Below, piece after piece: positions 25,213 through 26,750 of a stretch of 26,750 bases of DNA; within the stretch, counting starts at the first letter, position 1; every line of letters begins with the position of its first letter. The notes beneath the pieces were generated by a model. It saw nothing but the letters and a program-made list of their open reading frames with translations. It did not search any database and had not been told where the DNA came from. Source of the DNA: Silvanigrellaceae bacterium (GTDB taxonomy: Bacteria > Bdellovibrionota_B > Oligoflexia > Silvanigrellales > Silvanigrellaceae); assembly GCA_049423385.1 (NCBI GenBank), contig JBMSQQ010000048.1:1-26750 (forward strand). The letters run 5' to 3'. Made by a program: the position numbers and the translations under genes.

Positions 25213-25982
25213 GGAAAGAATACGCCGGTAAACGCATCAAGAGTGTTCATTTTCATCGGCCGGACCTGCGCTATCCATTCGACAAGCCTGCGTTGGTGAA
25301 CATTTTCTCCAAAGGCGCGACTTTTCTCGAACCAAAGCGGGTGGCCAAGCAACTTGTTTTGTCGACCGAGCACGGGATGGTGGCCGTGAGTTTGGGAATG
25401 AGCGGGTCCTTTTTGCCTTCGCAGTTTCCACAGAAGGCACTTCATGAACATGTGACCTTGGTGTTCGATGATGGTTCTGCGCTTGCATATATTGATCCGC
25501 GTCGTTTTGGATTCTGGTTGTGTGTGGACAGCCACGACGATGTCTCAAAGGCAGCAGATCCACTCTCAGAGGACTCGCTCCGCAATATTTTTGCGAGCCG
25601 TTTTTTCAAGGCTTCCGAGCGTTCGATCAAAGACGCTTTGATGGATCAGGCACTCATTGGTGGACTTGGCAATATCTACGCTCTTGAGGCGTTGTATCGT
25701 TGCAGAATCTCTCCGTTCCGCAAATGCAAAAAAGTGAAGCCCAACGAGTATCAGGCTCTCGCCATGTGTATTCCGCCCTTGTTGCATCAGGCTATCGATG
25801 CCGGTGGTTCGACGATCTCGACGTATCGTCGGCTTCATGGCGAGTCGGGGGGTTTTCAAGAGCTGCACCTTGTTTATGATCGCGAGGGTGAACAGTGCGC
25901 CAGTGGCGGTTGTTCGGGAACGATTCGTCGCCGAGTTCAAACCGGCCGCAGCAGTTGGTGGTGCCCTCGATGCCAGAAGTAG
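25170..25982 (+). CDS. mutM: Formamidopyrimidine-DNA glycosylase / AP lyase
   Basis: MPELPEVE, LGMSG, DPRRFG, IKDALMDQ..GGLGNIYA.E.L, GGSTI and a C-terminal zinc finger ending CPRCQ. Confidence 0.97.
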   Translation: MPELPEVESFAHALRKEYAGKRIKSVHFHRPDLRYPFDKPALVNIFSKGATFLEPKRVAKQLVLSTEHGMVAVSLGMSGSFLPSQFPQKALHEHVTLVFDDGSALAYIDPRRFGFWLCVDSHDDVSKAADPLSEDSLRNIFASRFFKASERSIKDALMDQALIGGLGNIYALEALYRCRISPFRKCKKVKPNEYQALAMCIPPLLHQAIDAGGSTISTYRRLHGESGGFQELHLVYDREGEQCASGGCSGTIRRRVQTGRSSWWCPRCQK

Positions 25983-26750
25983 GCGAAAAATCCGAAACAG
26001 TACTGACCGAGCAATGGAGCGTTGAGCTTGCACGGCACTGGCCAGAAGTACCGTTGCCGACAGTTTTTTGTGAACGACGAAACACGGCAGATGGTCGTTT
26101 GCAAGGGAGATTTGCCTTTGCGGCAAACGATTTGGTTGAACAAGAGTGGATTGCTCTTGATGAACCCGTTCATTTGAAGACGCATCGTGAGCCAAAACCC
26201 TGGGGCACCGAGATTTGGTACAGCGGAATAGAAAAGCGCGGCGTTTGTTCGGTCAAGACGTCCCGTGGCCAGGTGGTTTCTCTCCCGATTTTTCTGGCCC
26301 TGTCTGCCGGTGAGAGTCAGCAGATCACGACACCATCGCTGCTCAAGATTCTTGATCCTGATGCCGAGCGTTCGCGCGGAAATTTGTACGTCGAGGTGCA
26401 CCAACAGAAGTGGGAAACATATATCGTAACTTCAGTTTCGAACCACTTGTATCCCGATGGTGCCGGAGAACTGTTGTTTGGTTTTTCGCAGCAGAAGCTG
26501 GTCGAGTTGGGTGGTGATGAGAGTGTTTTTCGCGGGACCTTGGGCAAAGTCGTTGCGCGATATGAAGTCGTGCGACGCTGTCTGGACAACGAACGACCCC
26601 TTGAAGACTTGCGTTTGGCGGGTCTTTCGCCTCAGGACGATCTTTTTCATCAGGCTGAACTTTTGTGGAAAGAGGTTACAAGCTTCTTCAATTTGAAAAA
26701 GGTCAGGGTGGGAGACGTGATTCGTGTGCCTCCCTTCACACCCCACAGCC
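25970..26750 (+). CDS. Cupin related to class I mannose-6-phosphate isomerase; 3' end runs off the right edge
   Basis: Not in the ORF track. Manual translation from ATG 25970 gives ...PKPWGTEIWYSGIE...LLKILDP...NLYVEVHQQKWETYIV...GELLFGF...KVRVGDVIRVPPFTPHS, open to base 26750. The motif order matches PMI type I. Confidence 0.7.
   Translation, partial: MPEVGEKSETVLTEQWSVELARHWPEVPLPTVFCERRNTADGRLQGRFAFAANDLVEQEWIALDEPVHLKTHREPKPWGTEIWYSGIEKRGVCSVKTSRGQVVSLPIFLALSAGESQQITTPSLLKILDPDAERSRGNLYVEVHQQKWETYIVTSVSNHLYPDGAGELLFGFSQQKLVELGGDESVFRGTLGKVVARYEVVRRCLDNERPLEDLRLAGLSPQDDLFHQAELLWKEVTSFFNLKKVRVGDVIRVPPFTPHS

Noticed and set aside
25937..26746. Minus-strand ORFs 25937-26404, 26317-26589 and 26432-26746
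   Set aside because: The plus-strand frame from 25970 carries recognisable cupin/PMI motifs, so these are its shadows.

Overview
A gene-dense bacterial chromosomal segment with 24 CDSs and one tRNA. No mobile element, integrase or CRISPR array is visible. The gene content (DgcB-like FHA-GGDEF cyclase, myxobacterial-type Ser/Thr kinase with PEGA-like domains, myxobacterial-type TonB receptor and lipoprotein, SurA-like/DsbA fusion, MRP-like ABC pair) suggests a Bdellovibrionota/Oligoflexia or Myxococcota-like organism; this is inference only. Housekeeping genes are glpK (cut by the left edge and absent from the ORF track), nagZ, a PfkB kinase, nadD, tRNA-Val(CAC), serA, hisIE, mutM and a PMI-like cupin (cut by the right edge and absent from the track). 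The most notable items are four. (1) A co-oriented FHA-GGDEF cyclase, lipoprotein and membrane Ser/Thr kinase cluster, a candidate phosphorylation-to-c-di-GMP circuit whose cyclase lacks the RxxD I-site. (2) A eukaryote-like ABCC/MRP transporter split into two coupled genes behind a Cys-rich lipoprotein. (3) A tRNA-Val overlapped by CDSs on both strands, with a candidate promoter inside the upstream CDS. (4) A TonB, receptor and lipoprotein operon, plus a sigma54-type promoter before an OMP-DsbA pair. All calls come from motif reading by eye; no database searches were run.
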